Assembly: GCA_964016885.1 (NCBI GenBank) | Contig: OZ024744.1 | Coordinates: 42,594,001-42,658,000, forward strand | Direction of reading: 5' to 3' | DNA from: Eledone cirrhosa | Lineage: Eukaryota | Length of the DNA stretch: 64,000 nt | Part shown: in pieces, positions 1-12,106 of the stretch | Numbering within the stretch: position 1 is the first letter of the stretch | How the letters are laid out: each line of letters begins with the position of its first letter | Made by a program: the position numbers and the translations under genes | The notes under the pieces: generated by a model | Database searches by the model: none | What the model was told of the DNA's origin: nothing | Seen by the model: the letters and a program-made list of their open reading frames with translations, nothing else

Positions 1-87
1 CGACCAACCTTGCCTCAAGTGGGACAACTCCCGTCTAACCCATGCTAGCGTGGAAAGTGGACCTTAAACGAGGATGATGATGATAAT
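1..87 (+). mobile_element. 3' end of RTE-type 3'UTR / RTE-tailed short element with (GAT)n tail
   Basis: gggacaactcccgtctaacccatgctagcgtggaaag...gatgatgatgat matches the 3' termini of the RTE copies at ~41490-41530 and ~47270-47335. Confidence 0.8.
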
Positions 88-547
88 GTGCATGTGTATG
101 TGTGTATGCATATATACATGCATGTGTGTGTGTATGGCACTTTGGCATGTATCTTTTATTATATCCTTTGGTTGACCAATACCTTGTAAGTGAAACTCAT
201 AAGAAAGCGTGTCATATGTGTTTAAATGTATAAGTTTATGTGTTTTGTTTTTGTTTGTTTTACTGTTTCTATTCATGGACTACCTTTGACTATTTTTAGG
301 GCCTCTGTGACTAATGGATGAGTGGTATTTTGAATCAATTGACCTACTCTAAATGCTAGTAATAGAATGGATGCCAATAGAGACACCCAGGAGGGAAGGC
401 GTCAGGAGTGTTGAACTTGTTAATACCAAGCTGCCTGAAAAAAACACTGATTCTCTGATACAAAACTTTATTTTAAAGTATTTATATTTATCTAAAAGCA
501 TTCCATCAAAATTCTTTGTATGAATGTTCCAAACACCAGCTTAACAA

Positions 548-765
548 TTCTATCTAATATTGGCACACGGCCAGCAATTTGGGGAAGGGTAAGTCAATTG
601 AATCTATCCCAGTACTTGACTGGTACTTTATTTTATCAAGCCTGGAAAAATGAAAGCAAAATTGACCTTGGTGGGATTTGAACTCAGAACATAAAAAGTC
701 ATAACTAAATACCTCAAAACATTTTTGTCTGACATTCTACTGATACTACCAAACCACCACCTTAC
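548..765 (-). mobile_element. tRNA-derived SINE (family A), diverged
   Basis: Reverse complement of box-B-like tgagttcaaatccc, core cctttcat...gataaaataaagtaccag and 3' ggccttgtgcc, as in the full copy at 26251. Confidence 0.8.
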
Positions 766-777
766 TCTAGCTTAATA

Positions 778-985
778 ATTGTTTATACCTTTGGCATAAG
801 GCCAGCAATTTGAAGGGGAGGTGAAAGTTGATTAAATCAACCCCAGTATGTTACTGGTACTTTATTTTATTGACCTCATAAGGATGAAAGACAAAACTAA
901 CCTTGGCAGGATTTGAACTCAGAGTGTAAAGAGATGTAACTCTAAACTGTGAAACATGGTGACCGAAACTCTACCGATTCTGCCA
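778..985 (-). mobile_element. tRNA-derived SINE (family A), diverged, tandem to the previous copy
   Basis: Same motifs: ggcataaggccagcaatttg, actggtactttattttattgac, ggatttgaactcag. Confidence 0.8.
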
Positions 986-1748
986 AATGAGAATGTTAGC
1001 AATATTTTTGTTGTTGTTTTTAATTATAAACACAAGGTTTAAATTGTGCAACAGGTTAAACTTACCACTTAAGTAGGTCACAGTAAGGTTTGAACTTAGA
1101 ACACCAATGCCATAAACTATTTCACTTGACCACCATTTTGATAATGTCATTGTCACTAATACTGTTTGTATTACTTGTAATGGAATCATAGATGTTTTTG
1201 TTTCTTTTTGCAAAGAAGAGAGAGATAAAGGAAGAATTAAAACCAGTATTAGATCATGAAGGACATTGCCTTGAACAACAAGAACAAAACATATACTATG
1301 TTCTATAAAATATGGTCTTTTTTTGTTTATCTGTTCTTACTGAGCCTACTTCTTACTTCAAAACAACTTTTACCTCTCATTCTCTTCTTTCATGCCACTA
1401 AGCTAAGCCAAGCTCTTCCTCAGCTCTTGTCTGAAATATATATATATATATATTTTTTTTTTCTTTTTATGTGAATGCAAGGAGATAAAAAGAAATAATA
1501 ATAATAATTATTATTATTAATAATATTGGCACTGCATTTATTTGATCCTGCAGATATCTCAAAGAAAAGTTTAATGATCATCGATATCAAACATTTTATC
1601 ATGGGAAAGGCGAAGCATTTGGTGTTATTGAAAGATATAAAGGGGGAAGAGGAAGGAACTGAAAAAAAATATTTCAGAAAAAGCAAGTGTGTATTCAGTC
1701 ACTCGTCATATCAGGATGCTGAAACGCAGCAAGATTATGGTGTTTTTC

Positions 1749-4700
1749 ATCATCATATCATCATCACCATTTTACGTCCGTTCTTCCATGCTAGCATGGG
1801 TTAGACGGGTTGTCCTGTTTTGGGCAGTGTCTGGTTGGCTGACCATGCCTTGCTCATACAGGAACTGATTTTGGCTTGATTTCTACAGCTGGATGCCCTT
1901 CCTAACACCAACCTCATTTACAGTGAGTGCTGGGTGCTTTTTCGTGGTGCCTACACGTCCACTTTACAGTGTGGGCTGGGTGCTTTTTTGCAGTGGCACC
2001 TCCACAATTACCTTGCAGTGGGGGGTGTGGGGGCATATTGTCTATATGTTTCAGCTTGTACCCATGGGAGGTCGGGTACTCTGTATTACTGCGTGATGCC
2101 AGAGGTCACGGTCCTGTGTCATCGCCTTTGAGAGGTGTAATTGGGTAAGGTCGGCTTTTATCACCTCATCCCAGGTCATCTTGGGTCTCCCCACTCTGCG
2201 GTTTCCATTGACTTCTAGTGCTCTGCACCTTTTTATGCAGCTGTCATCCTTCAAACGCATCACATGTCCATACCAACGCAACCGCTTCTCCTGCACACAG
2301 CATTTGATTCCTCTTATGCTCAGTCTCTCTCTCAATTCATTTATGCTTTGCCGTTCACGTATATTACTATTACACATCCATCGGAGCATGCAGGCTTCAT
2401 TTCTCTCTAATCTACGTAAGTCTTCCACCTTCAGCGCCCAGGTCTCACTACCATGTAACATTGCTGTTTGGATACACGCATCATACAGTCTGCCTTTCAT
2501 TTTGAGGGAGAAGCCTTTTGCAGCTAGCAGTGGCAGGAGTTCCCTGAACTTCTTCTGTCCCGTTCTTACCCTAGTTATTGTACTTTCTGAACACCCACCT
2601 CCGCTGCTAATTCGGTCACCTAGGTAGCAGAAGCTTTCTACTAGTGACAGCTTCTGCTACCTAGGTGACTGAATTAGTGACTGTTTCTACAGAGCCCTCC
2701 CAGAGATTGGTGGTACTTGTTTCCTGTGGCTGTTTGCTGCTTGCTGTCCCAGCACAGCTGCTGTATGTGAAGCCTACATTCTTAATTAAGCTTCCTGAGA
2801 TCCCGCTACATCTCTTGTGTACCCATTGTTTGCATTTGGGGCAGAGAATGGAGTTCCTACCTACACCTTTCCTACATACTGAGCAAGGCCATTTCCCTGA
2901 GGGGATCTGGGTTCTGTTTTCTCGTCTACTTACAAGGACCTTAATCTTTGTCATGTTGACTTTGAGACCCTTTCTTTCTAGTCCCTGCTTCTAAGTTTGG
3001 AATTTATTCTCTAGTTCTACCATAGATTCAGCTATAAGTGCGAGGTCATCTGCATACAGGAGTTCCCATGGGCATCCGGTCTTAAACTCCTCCGTTATTG
3101 CCTGGAGGACTATGATGAACAGGAGGGGGCTAAGAATAGAGCCCTGGTGGACCCCAACCTGTACGCTAAATTCCTCGCTATACTCATTGCCAATCCTAAC
3201 TTTGCTGACTGCTCCCCTATACATGGCTTGTACAGTTTTCTAAGAGCCCACCAGATTACAGCACGTGGAACTCTGTCAAAAGCTTTCTCAAGATCGACGA
3301 ATGCCAGGTAGTGCAGCTTACTTTTAGCTAGGTACTTTTCCTGTAACTGCCTCACAAGGAAGACGGCATCAGTGGTGCCTCTTCCTGGTACAAACCCAAA
3401 TTGCATCTCATCTAGTTTCACCCGGTCCCTAATCAACTGTGTTATAACTCTTTCTGTTACTTTCATGACCTGGTCCATCAGCTTTATACCTCTATAGTTT
3501 CCTCTATCTAGTGCATCACCTTTACCTTTGTAGCAGTTGACAATGATGCTACTGCACCAATCTTTTGGTTTGACACCTTCTAGTATTACCTGGTTAACAA
3601 TACGTGTGGTTATAGTGTGACCTACAGACCCAGATGCCTTCAACATCCTGGCAGCTATACCCGATGGACCGGTTGCCTTCCCCATCTTCATATCTTTGAT
3701 TGCCTTACTTACTACGCTGCTGCTGACTTGTACTGCTGGCCTCTCTATAGGGTCTACTTGGGGTAGGGTCTCTTCTTCCCATGCATTCTCCTCATTTAGT
3801 AATCTATCATAATGACTCTTCCATGCATCTTTCTTCTTAGCACTTGTGAGGGCAAGCTCACCTTTATCATTCCGGATGCACTTCTCTCCAATGACATCAC
3901 AATTCTCTCTGACACACGGCCTTTCAATCTTGAACACCTCCTGTTTCTGGTCCTCACGTTGCAAAACATGCTTGAATTTTCTATCCTCTGCTTCTCTCCT
4001 AGCTAAGTATTCTTGTCGCCTAGCTTCCCTCTTGGTCTCTATGTAATGTACCCTGCTCCCCCCATTCTTCCATTCTTTCCATGCCTGTCTCTTGGCCTTA
4101 ACTGCCTCATCTACCTTATTGTTCCACCACCAAGTCACTCTCCTCCTGCTTGCGGTCCTACTCCAGCCACAGACCTCATCCGTCGCCTCTAGTAAGTTAT
4201 TTTTTAGGAACTCCCAGTGCTCTTCTACATTGAATGTCTCTATCTGTTCTTCTTTACTGTCGTAGGCGTTGAGTAAAATATCTCTAAATCTGTTACTGGT
4301 TGAGGGGTCTTTCAGCTTCCAGATCTTTCTTCTCCAGGTTGGCCTCTGTTTCCAGATTCGTCTAGTTCTGACTGTGAGGTCGCTGACAACTAAGCTATGT
4401 TGGGATGTACATTCCTCACTAGGGAAGGCTTTTGTGTTTACGACCGTCCATCTGTCACGTCCTCTTATGAGGATAAAATCTATCTGACTAGAATGCTCCC
4501 CTGATCTATAGGTGATCAGATGGTTGTCGGGATTTTTGAAGTTTGTGTTACATATCGACATGTCATTGGCGTCTCAGAATTCTAGAAGTCTGAATCCTTC
4601 CTCATTTCTTGTGCCAACCCCATGGCCTCCATGGACTCTATTGAAGCCGTCGCTGTGTTTACCTACGTGTCCGTTAAAATCTCCTGCGATGATTAGGAAG

Positions 4701-5340
4701 TCATTGTTGTTTGTTAGAGCAGTAGTGTGCATTAGGGACACGTAAAACCTATCCTTAAGTTTGTCTGGCAACCCCGATTGGGGTGCGTATGCTGATATTA
4801 TTGTGGTAATTGTTTTATTCAGGACTAGTCTGAGTTTAATGATTCTTGCATTTACCCTGTACACTGAGATTACTTTATCTACCCACTTGTCAGCTAGTAG
4901 TATACCCACACCACCCATTCCATCGTCATTTCCCACCCAGAAAAATTTGTAGTACCGACTTTTTCCTACAAGGACTCTAGCAGACTCTCCTCTCCATCTA
5001 GTCTCTTGCATGCAGCATACATCAATTTCCTTTCGCTCTACCATTTCTACGATTTCTCCTGCTCTTCCTTTCATTGTGCTTACATTGATGGTACCAACTC
5101 GGAGTTTTGGGCATTTGTCGACACTCGTAGGGAAGGGTCGATTTTTGCAGGAGTGTGTGTGTGCTTTCTCTCTCTGGATTGGCACTTCACATGGGTGCTT
5201 GGTAGCTCGCGGATTCATATTTCATCTATTAATTCAGAGTTGCTCAAATTTATTCTCAGCTCATCCATCCATAATGGTAGGAAAATTCAGGGCTAGAAGA
5301 ACAGTGGTGGTGGAATAATGGCAGGGTGTGTTGGGCTGGG
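1749..5340 (-). mobile_element. Near full-length RTE-clade LINE (APE endonuclease + RT + PHD finger), inactivated; (GAT)n tail at left
   Basis: APE motifs (GTINV, CMQETRW, SAYAPQ, AGDFNGHVG, SQIDFIL) at 4574-5218 and start of 3110-4561; RT motifs (QFGF, FVDLEKAFD, QGSILSP, YADD); RTE C-terminus RLRWYGHV...GRPK.TW; in-frame stops at 4574 and 2991, 28-bp deletion near 3235, insertion near 2640. Confidence 0.95.
2051..5218 (-). pseudogene. Disrupted RTE ORF (APE-RT) split into ORFs 4574-5218, 3110-4561, 2991-3224, 2661-2954, 2051-2500
   Basis: RT-region pieces are colinear with the intact 542-aa ORF at 39630-41258. Confidence 0.9.
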
Positions 5341-5553
5341 ACAGGGGAGGAGAGAGTTAGTTAGGTAGTAGTAGTAGTAGAAGAAATGGCATGCTGAGGT
5401 TTGATTGGTAGAATAGGCCATGGTAGTGTGAGGGGTGGGTGGGAGGGAAATTGTGAGGTAGAGAGAGGGTCGCCGTCAAGGCGATAGAACTAACCGATAG
5501 AATACAGCATGGCAAGTAGCCGATAGAATACAGTAACAATAATATTAATAATT

Positions 5554-5690
5554 ATTTCTACTTTAGGCACAAGGCCAGCAATTACCCAGTGTATTACTGG
5601 TACTTTATTTTATCGACCCCGTAAGGATGAAAGGCAAAGTTAACCTCGGCAGGATTTGAACTCAGAATGGCAAGGGCCGTAACTCTATGC
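5554..5690 (-). mobile_element. SINE family A (5'-truncated) in copy 1 of a local duplication
   Basis: tttctactttaggcacaaggccagcaattacccag...ggatttgaactcag; flanked by aacaataatattaataat repeats at ~5536 and ~5759. Confidence 0.85.
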
Positions 5691-6213
5691 GCCAAAGCCC
5701 TCTCTTTACCTCACAATTTCCCTCCCACCCACCTCCTCACACTACCATAGCCTATTCGAACAATAATATTAATAATCATAGCCAGTCATGGCCTGTAGCC
5801 TTTGATGGAAAAATAGACAGAGACAGAGTCAGCATGGTAGAGGAAAAATAGACAGAGACAGAGTCAGTCAGAGTCAGCATGGTAGAGGAAGTGAGAATAA
5901 CAAAGTAAATGTGTTGTGATAGCTGAAATACCTTCATAAAATTTGTATGGATGGATGACTAGAACGTAGCTAAATCAACTCTAGTGATTCATTTTAGTCT
6001 TTCAGAGTAGAGTGTGTCTTATCTCTTCAATAGCTTCAAGATGAGTGAGGAGGAATGGGTGAAGAGGGAACGGCACGTAATAGGTGGCTTAGAAATAGAT
6101 AGAAAGAGGGTAGCCATCATAGAGATAGGGTCGCTGTCAAGGCGATAGAACTAACCGATAGAATACAGCATGGCAAAGTAGCCGATAGAATACAGTAACA
6201 ATAATATTAATAA

Positions 6214-6388
6214 TTATTTCTACTTTAGGCACAAGGCCAGCAATTATCCAGTGCATTACTGGTACTTTATTTTATCGACCCCCGTAAGGATGAAAGGCAA
6301 AGTCAACCTCGGCAGGATTTGAACTCAGATCGTAAAGGGACGTAACTATGCTGGAAAGCATGGCGTCCGACCCTCTACCGATACTGCC
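6214..6388 (-). mobile_element. SINE family A in copy 2 of the duplication
   Basis: Core plus head gcatggcgtccgaccctctaccgatactgcca; aatattaataat on both sides. Confidence 0.85.
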
Positions 6389-6656
6389 AAATATTAATAA
6401 TAATAGCCAGTCATGACCTGTAGCCTTTGATGGAAAAATAGACAGAGACAGAGTCAGTCAGAGTCAGCAGGGTAGAGGAAGTGAGAATAACAAAGTAAAT
6501 GTGTTGTGGTAGCTGAAATACCTTCATAAAATTTGTATGGATGGATGACTGGAACGAAGCTGGAACATGCATTTAAAGACCATCACACCATTTAACACCC
6601 CAATACCCCTCAAAAAACGAAATGCAATAGCACCACTATACAAGTTCAACTAGAAA

Positions 6657-7155
6657 TCATCATCATTATCGTTTAATGTTCATTTTCCATGTTAACATGG
6701 GTTAGATGAGTTGTCCCATTGTGAGGCAAGTCAGAGCAGTTGACTGTGTCTTGTTCATACAGAACCGTTTTGGGCCTGCTTTCTACAGTTGGATGCCCTT
6801 CCTAATGCCAACCACATTTACAGTGTGGAAACTGGGTGCCTTTTATTGTCACCCAAAATGACCAGCTGACAGGTTAGACTAGGTCCTTTTTCATTGTATC
6901 ACCTTACAGGGTGGTCCAGGTAGTTTTTCATTGTGGTGCCAAAACAACCACTTTACAGAGTGGACTGGGTGCTTTTTATCATGTCACCAACACAACCACC
7001 TTACAAAGTAGACTGGGTGCTTTTTATCATATCTACAACACAACCACTTTACAAGGTGGATCTGGTGTTTTTTGTCATGTCACCAACACAACCACCTTAC
7101 AGGGTGAACCTGGTGTTTTTTGTCATGTCACCAACATGACCATCTTACAGGGTGA
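6657..7155 (-). mobile_element. RTE-type 3'UTR element with expanded 48-bp subrepeats
   Basis: tggatgcccttcctaatgccaaccacatttacag plus several units of accactttacagagtggactgggtgctttttatcatgtcaccaacaca. Confidence 0.8.
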
Positions 7156-7517
7156 AATGTGTAACCATTTGAGAAAGATTTATTGCAGGTTGTATGAATT
7201 AAGCCCCCCCCCCCCCACCACACACACACACACACTCTGCCAAAGAATGTTTGACAAAGTGATTCTGAACGATAAACCTAATGCTTGTTAGTTTGTTTTC
7301 TCTTTGTTCTTAGATAACAATTTCAGACATTTCATCTTCATCTAAGCATTTCCTTTTCTGTCAATTCTGTACTTTAAGAATATGTTCCCTTTTGGCATTA
7401 TTCAACATTAACTTCATGGAGCTGCTCAGCTAATAGTCTGATTTCACCTGGGGTGGTGGTTAACATACATAAATTACTGGACTGTTTTTATAGATAGGAT
7501 TTATAGTCTCTAAATTT

Positions 7518-7598
7518 TCATTCATCATCACCATCATCATCATCATCATCATCATATTCTTCATCATCATCATCATCATCATCACCACCACCACCACC

Positions 7599-7632
<34 letters not shown>

Positions 7633-7678
7633 TCACCATCATCACCATCATCATCATCATCATCATCATCACCACCAC

Positions 7679-7722
<44 letters not shown>

Positions 7723-7771
7723 CCATCATCATCACCATCACCATCACCATCATCATCATCATCATCATCAT
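7518..7771. repeat. (CAT)n/(CAC)n microsatellite
   Basis: Direct inspection. Confidence 0.97.
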
Positions 7772-8373
7772 TATTTAAAATCTGTTCTGTATCTATAATT
7801 AATCTTTTCAACATATTGATCTCTAACTAAGTTAATTTTGAGGATGGATATTGTCGGCAAATTAGCATGGTAAATAGAATATCAGATTAATTGCTTTGAA
7901 GCATTTGTTCTGGCCCATTGCACTCTGAGTTCAAATATGACCAAGTTCGATTTTGGATTTCAACCTTTTAAAATTGATAAAATAAAGTGTTGGCAGATTT
8001 GTGGAATTGTTAGGATTTCAGGCAAGACAGTTATGTCCGCTGGGTCAAGTCAAACCTAGAGCTAGGAATGAAGGAACCTATTACATGGTCATTTCACATG
8101 CTAGATACCACACTCAAGTCACACTAACTCACCTAAAGCCATTATGATTTCATGACATACATACTTATATTAAAATCTTTCATCATAGCATTATTGAAGA
8201 AATTTTTGTTACTAATGAAAAGGTTAGCTAGCTCATTAAATTCTTATAATAAATGAGTTAAAGAAAAAGACAATTGTTATTGTAATCCAAAATTAACTAT
8301 AACAAGACAAATAAAGTCATGGTGGGCACAGATGAAATGCTTTATTTCTTAATATTTTTTATTGCTAAATCAG

Positions 8374-8485
8374 ACAAGAGAGGACAACTCCCATATATTC
8401 AAAGTCTTAGAGACTGTTGAAAAGACGGAAGTGTGTTATCTTGAAACCAGTGACAGCTTGAAGGAAGATGGCTGCACCAGTGCTG
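8374..8485 (+). CDS. Candidate internal exon (TREDNSHIFKVLETVEKTEVCYLETSDSLKEDGCTSA), gene unknown
   Basis: T-rich tract and cag acceptor, open frame, G|gtatgg donor, non-repeat sequence; no recognisable homology. Confidence 0.3.
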
Positions 8486-8687
8486 GTATGGTGCTTTCTT
8501 TTTTATCTACCTCAAAAGGATAAAAAAATACTCCTCAGAGCCTACAGAGTTCTGCAGCTACAAGCACAAGCAACGACACCTTCTTTACCCCCCACCCCTG
8601 CCTTCTCTTGATCCAATCCAACAGAATATTCCAGGGTAAACAGTTGAAAGGAGAAAAGAGAATGCTGCACCAATGTTGGGCTAGTAC

Positions 8688-8725
<38 letters not shown>

Positions 8726-9279
8726 GTTTTGTTTTTGTGTGTTTGTTTTTATTGTTTTTTATCAACCTTAAAGGGATGACAGCCAAAGTGGACTCCACTG
8801 AGATTTGCACTCAGGGCAGAAAGAACTCGAAGAAATATCCAACGCTCTAACAACTACAACACTGAATACAAATAGAATTTATACAAACATTAATAATGTT
8901 TTTATTTTTTTAGTTTTGTTTGGTTTTTAGTTGTTGTTTTCTTGGTTTTGTTTGTGTGTGTGGGGGGGGGGGTCTTTGTTTGTTTGGGTTTTTTTCATTT
9001 AAACGAATTAAAGATCAATCAACAGCATTTTTAATAAAATGATAACAATATTTTAAACTCCCACAAATATAATTTGCTGTTTCTTTTTTGTCCATTTGTT
9101 ATTTTTAATGACCACTTTAAATTATGATTGGTTCAACTAATATTACCATTATATTGACATCTGAGGTGTTCATGTGGAGGGTTCTTCGGAGAGAGTTTTT
9201 TTCTTTTTCTTTTTCTGTTATATGTTTTTATCAGGCAAATATAATTTGATTTTTTTTTTTCAAAAGATTACTAATATAT

Positions 9280-9722
9280 TATACATACACACTGATACAC
9301 CCATACACACATATATACTAATTCACATACACATACACATGCACACGCACACATAATGGCGTACACATTTGCATGCACATATACACATACATACATATAT
9401 TACATACACATACATAGACATGCACATGTGCGCACACACAAACACAGACAAACACACATGGCTATGTACACACTCACACAAACATACATACGTATACACA
9501 TGCATATATTGAATACACACAGGCACACACATGCACAGGTAGGTGTGCACATGTTGATATACACATGTGTATGCACACATATCACACACATATATTACAT
9601 ACATGCATACACACATGCACATGTGTGCACACCCAAACACAAACAATCACACATGCATGTACATATTCACATATATAAATTCACACACGCACGCACACAC
9701 ACACATACATATATATATACAT
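9280..9722. repeat. Degenerate (CA)n/(CATA)n tract
   Basis: Direct inspection. Confidence 0.9.
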
Positions 9723-10149
9723 TGCCATGTCTGTACAGATTATCTAAGAATTCTAATGTAAAAGCATCTAAATATATTTGTGTGGGATGAGACATGGAAT
9801 TTAGAAGTGTAATAACTTCAATAGCAGGCAGTAAAAAGGTTAGGGATAAGTTTGGGTTTCAGAAATAAATTGAATGTGGTCCATTTGATGGTGGGCACCA
9901 TTAAACTTTCTGTGCCCACATTTCTGATGAAACACATTATTCTTGTATTTTTTACTGACAAAACTTATTAGACAGAGGCCATGCTAGTGCACCACCTTGA
10001 AGAGATTTAGTTTATCATATCAAACCCAGTACGTAATTTTATCAAGCTTGATACATATTTTATTAATCTCTTTTGTTGAACTGCTAACTTATTAAACATA
10101 AACAAATAGTAATCATCAATATACACACACACTAACTATATATATATCT

Positions 10150-10492
10150 ATAGCCCATACTGTAAACACCCAGGCTACACTGTAAAGTGGCTGTGTATGT
10201 GTCACAACAAAAAGCTCACAGTCCACACTGTAAAGTGGTCATATAGGTGTCATGACTAAAGCACCCAGCCCACACTATAAAGTGGTCATGTAGGAGTCAT
10301 GATAAAAAGCACCCAGTTCATACTGTACATGTGGCTCGCATTATGAAGGGTATCCAGCCATAGAAACCAAGCCAGGAACAGTTCTGTATAAGCAAGACAG
10401 TCACCTGACCCGATTTGCTTCAAATCGGACAACCCATCTTAACCCATTCTAACATGGAAAATGGATTCTAAATGATTTTGAGGATAATGATA
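10150..10492 (+). mobile_element. Diverged RTE-type 3'UTR element with subrepeats
   Basis: cacactgtaaagtgg repeats, agggtatccagccatagaaacc, decayed tail. Confidence 0.7.
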
Positions 10493-10615
10493 TATATTTA
10501 TATATATATATATATATCAGAAAGTCGCCCATGGATTGGCGAAACTGCAGTCAAGACTTTGAAAAAAATATATCATTTCGTCATATTTTGTAATTTGATA
10601 CATACATATATATAT

Positions 10616-11360
10616 ATGTGGTGATATCAAAAAGTTCCCATACTAGTTATATTTTTAAAAAAAACTAATATATTTACCTAAGTTTTAATATCATCTCCTT
10701 TGAAATAGTCATCTTGCACAGCAATATACTGGTCCCAGCGTTTCTGCTACTTTTGGAATCCGGCCTGGAAGTCGTTTTCCATAAGTGAGTCGAGGACCTT
10801 GTGTGGTTTACTCTGTATCTCAACAACTGTGTTAAAATAGTGACCTTTGAGCTGCATTTTCAGTTAGGAGAAGATACAAAAGTCTGCAGATGCTAAATCT
10901 GGCAAAAATGGCAGATGCAGTAGCAATACAATATTTTTTTAGTGAGAGGGTGCATTGTCATCATGAAGAATCCAATTCTCTACCATCCACAGATCCGGTC
11001 GTTTCACTGGACGTCCTCCCTCAAATACCTCAAAACGTTGCAATAGGACTTTTGATTGATGGTCTGACTCTGGAAGATGAATTCTTGGTGTAGAATATAA
11101 CGGATGTCGAAAAAAACAATGAGCATGCTCTTGATTGAGCTGTGGCTCTCTCGTTCCTTCTTCGGTCATGGAGATGAAGGGATTTTCCACTGTGTTGACT
11201 GCTGCTTTGTCTCTGGGTCATACCAGTAGACCCAACTCTCATCACCGGAGAAGATCCTCGACATGAAGAATGAGTCATCAGTGGCACGCTGATGGAGATC
11301 TTGACAGATTTTGATGCGATGTGCATATCACATAGACTCTATGTGATGTCCACATTCTGT
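10616..11360 (-). mobile_element. Decayed mariner-family DNA transposon (3' half)
   Basis: Transposase motifs TGDESWVYWYDPETKQQS (~11195-11250) and WILHDDNAPSH (~10945-10980); TIR-like ta-tgtggtgatatcaaaaagttccc in a TA tract. Confidence 0.8.
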
Positions 11361-11699
11361 CCACACCAGATCAAAATATATCTGATTTCTTACAGAAAAA
11401 TAGAGAGATATGGAGGAGAGAAAGACAGAGAGAGAGAGAGAAAGAAATAAAGCAGTGTGGGAGAGAAGGAGAAAGAGTGAGGAAAGCTTTAAAAGAGATA
11501 TAGAGATAGAATCAACCCCAGTACTGAAGTGGTACTTTATTTATTGAGTTTACTGACTAAAAAAGGATAAAAGACAAAGTTGATCTTAGGATTTGAACTC
11601 AGAGTGCAGAAGGCCAGAATGCCAGAATGAATATTGCAAAGCATTACTATACAACGTTTCTTAAGACTCAAGGTGGTCAATTTACCACTAACAATAATT

Positions 11700-11997
11700 G
11701 CATGACAAGTGATCCAATTGATCCAATCAACAGAACAGCCTGCTCATAAAATTAACATGCAAGTGGCTTAGCATTCCACAGACATGCGTACCTTTAACGT
11801 AGTTCTCAGAATGACATGGGATGTGGCAAGGCTGGCCCTTTGAATTACAGGTAAAACTCATTTTTTGCCAGCTGAGTGGACTGGAGCAACGTAAAATAAA
11901 GTGTCTTGTTCAACGACACAACGTTCCACTGGAAATTGAACTCTCAACTTTATGGTTGCAAGCCAAATACCTTAACCACATAGCCACGTGCCTTCAC
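11700..11997 (-). mobile_element. tRNA-derived SINE (family B, V-domain-like core)
   Basis: Reverse complement reads ggcacgtggctatgtggttaagg...gagttcaattt...gaacaagacactttattttacgttgctccagtccactcagctggcaaaaa; related copies at ~44880-45025 and ~57503-57660. Confidence 0.7.
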
Positions 11998-12106
11998 TTA
12001 TTATAGTTGTGCTATTATAGAGCTGGAATACGACATCTAACTGTTGATTTCTTCTGATTCTTGATCTGGTATTTGCCACAATAACAGCATGCATTTTTAG
12101 TTTCAT

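Larger units (their letters stand above)
5461..6560. repeat. Local tandem duplication (~5461-5970 vs ~6121-6560)
   Basis: agggtcgccgtcaaggcgatagaactaaccgatag... and tagccagtcatg...ggatggatgact occur twice, ~600-660 bp apart. Confidence 0.9.

Noticed and set aside
1554-1662. Plus-strand terminal exon YLKEKFNDHRYQTFYHGKGEAFGVIERYKGGRGRN*
   Set aside because: Acceptor is plausible, but there is no linked upstream exon or homology, and minus-strand splice signals compete in the same region
7460-7814. Poly-Met / poly-Asp ORFs (also poly-His at 31824-32091)
   Set aside because: Translations of (CAT)n microsatellites
9924-9940. Other CTGATGA words (also ~48378, ~54052, rc ~47839)
   Set aside because: No stem II followed by GAAA, so not hammerheads
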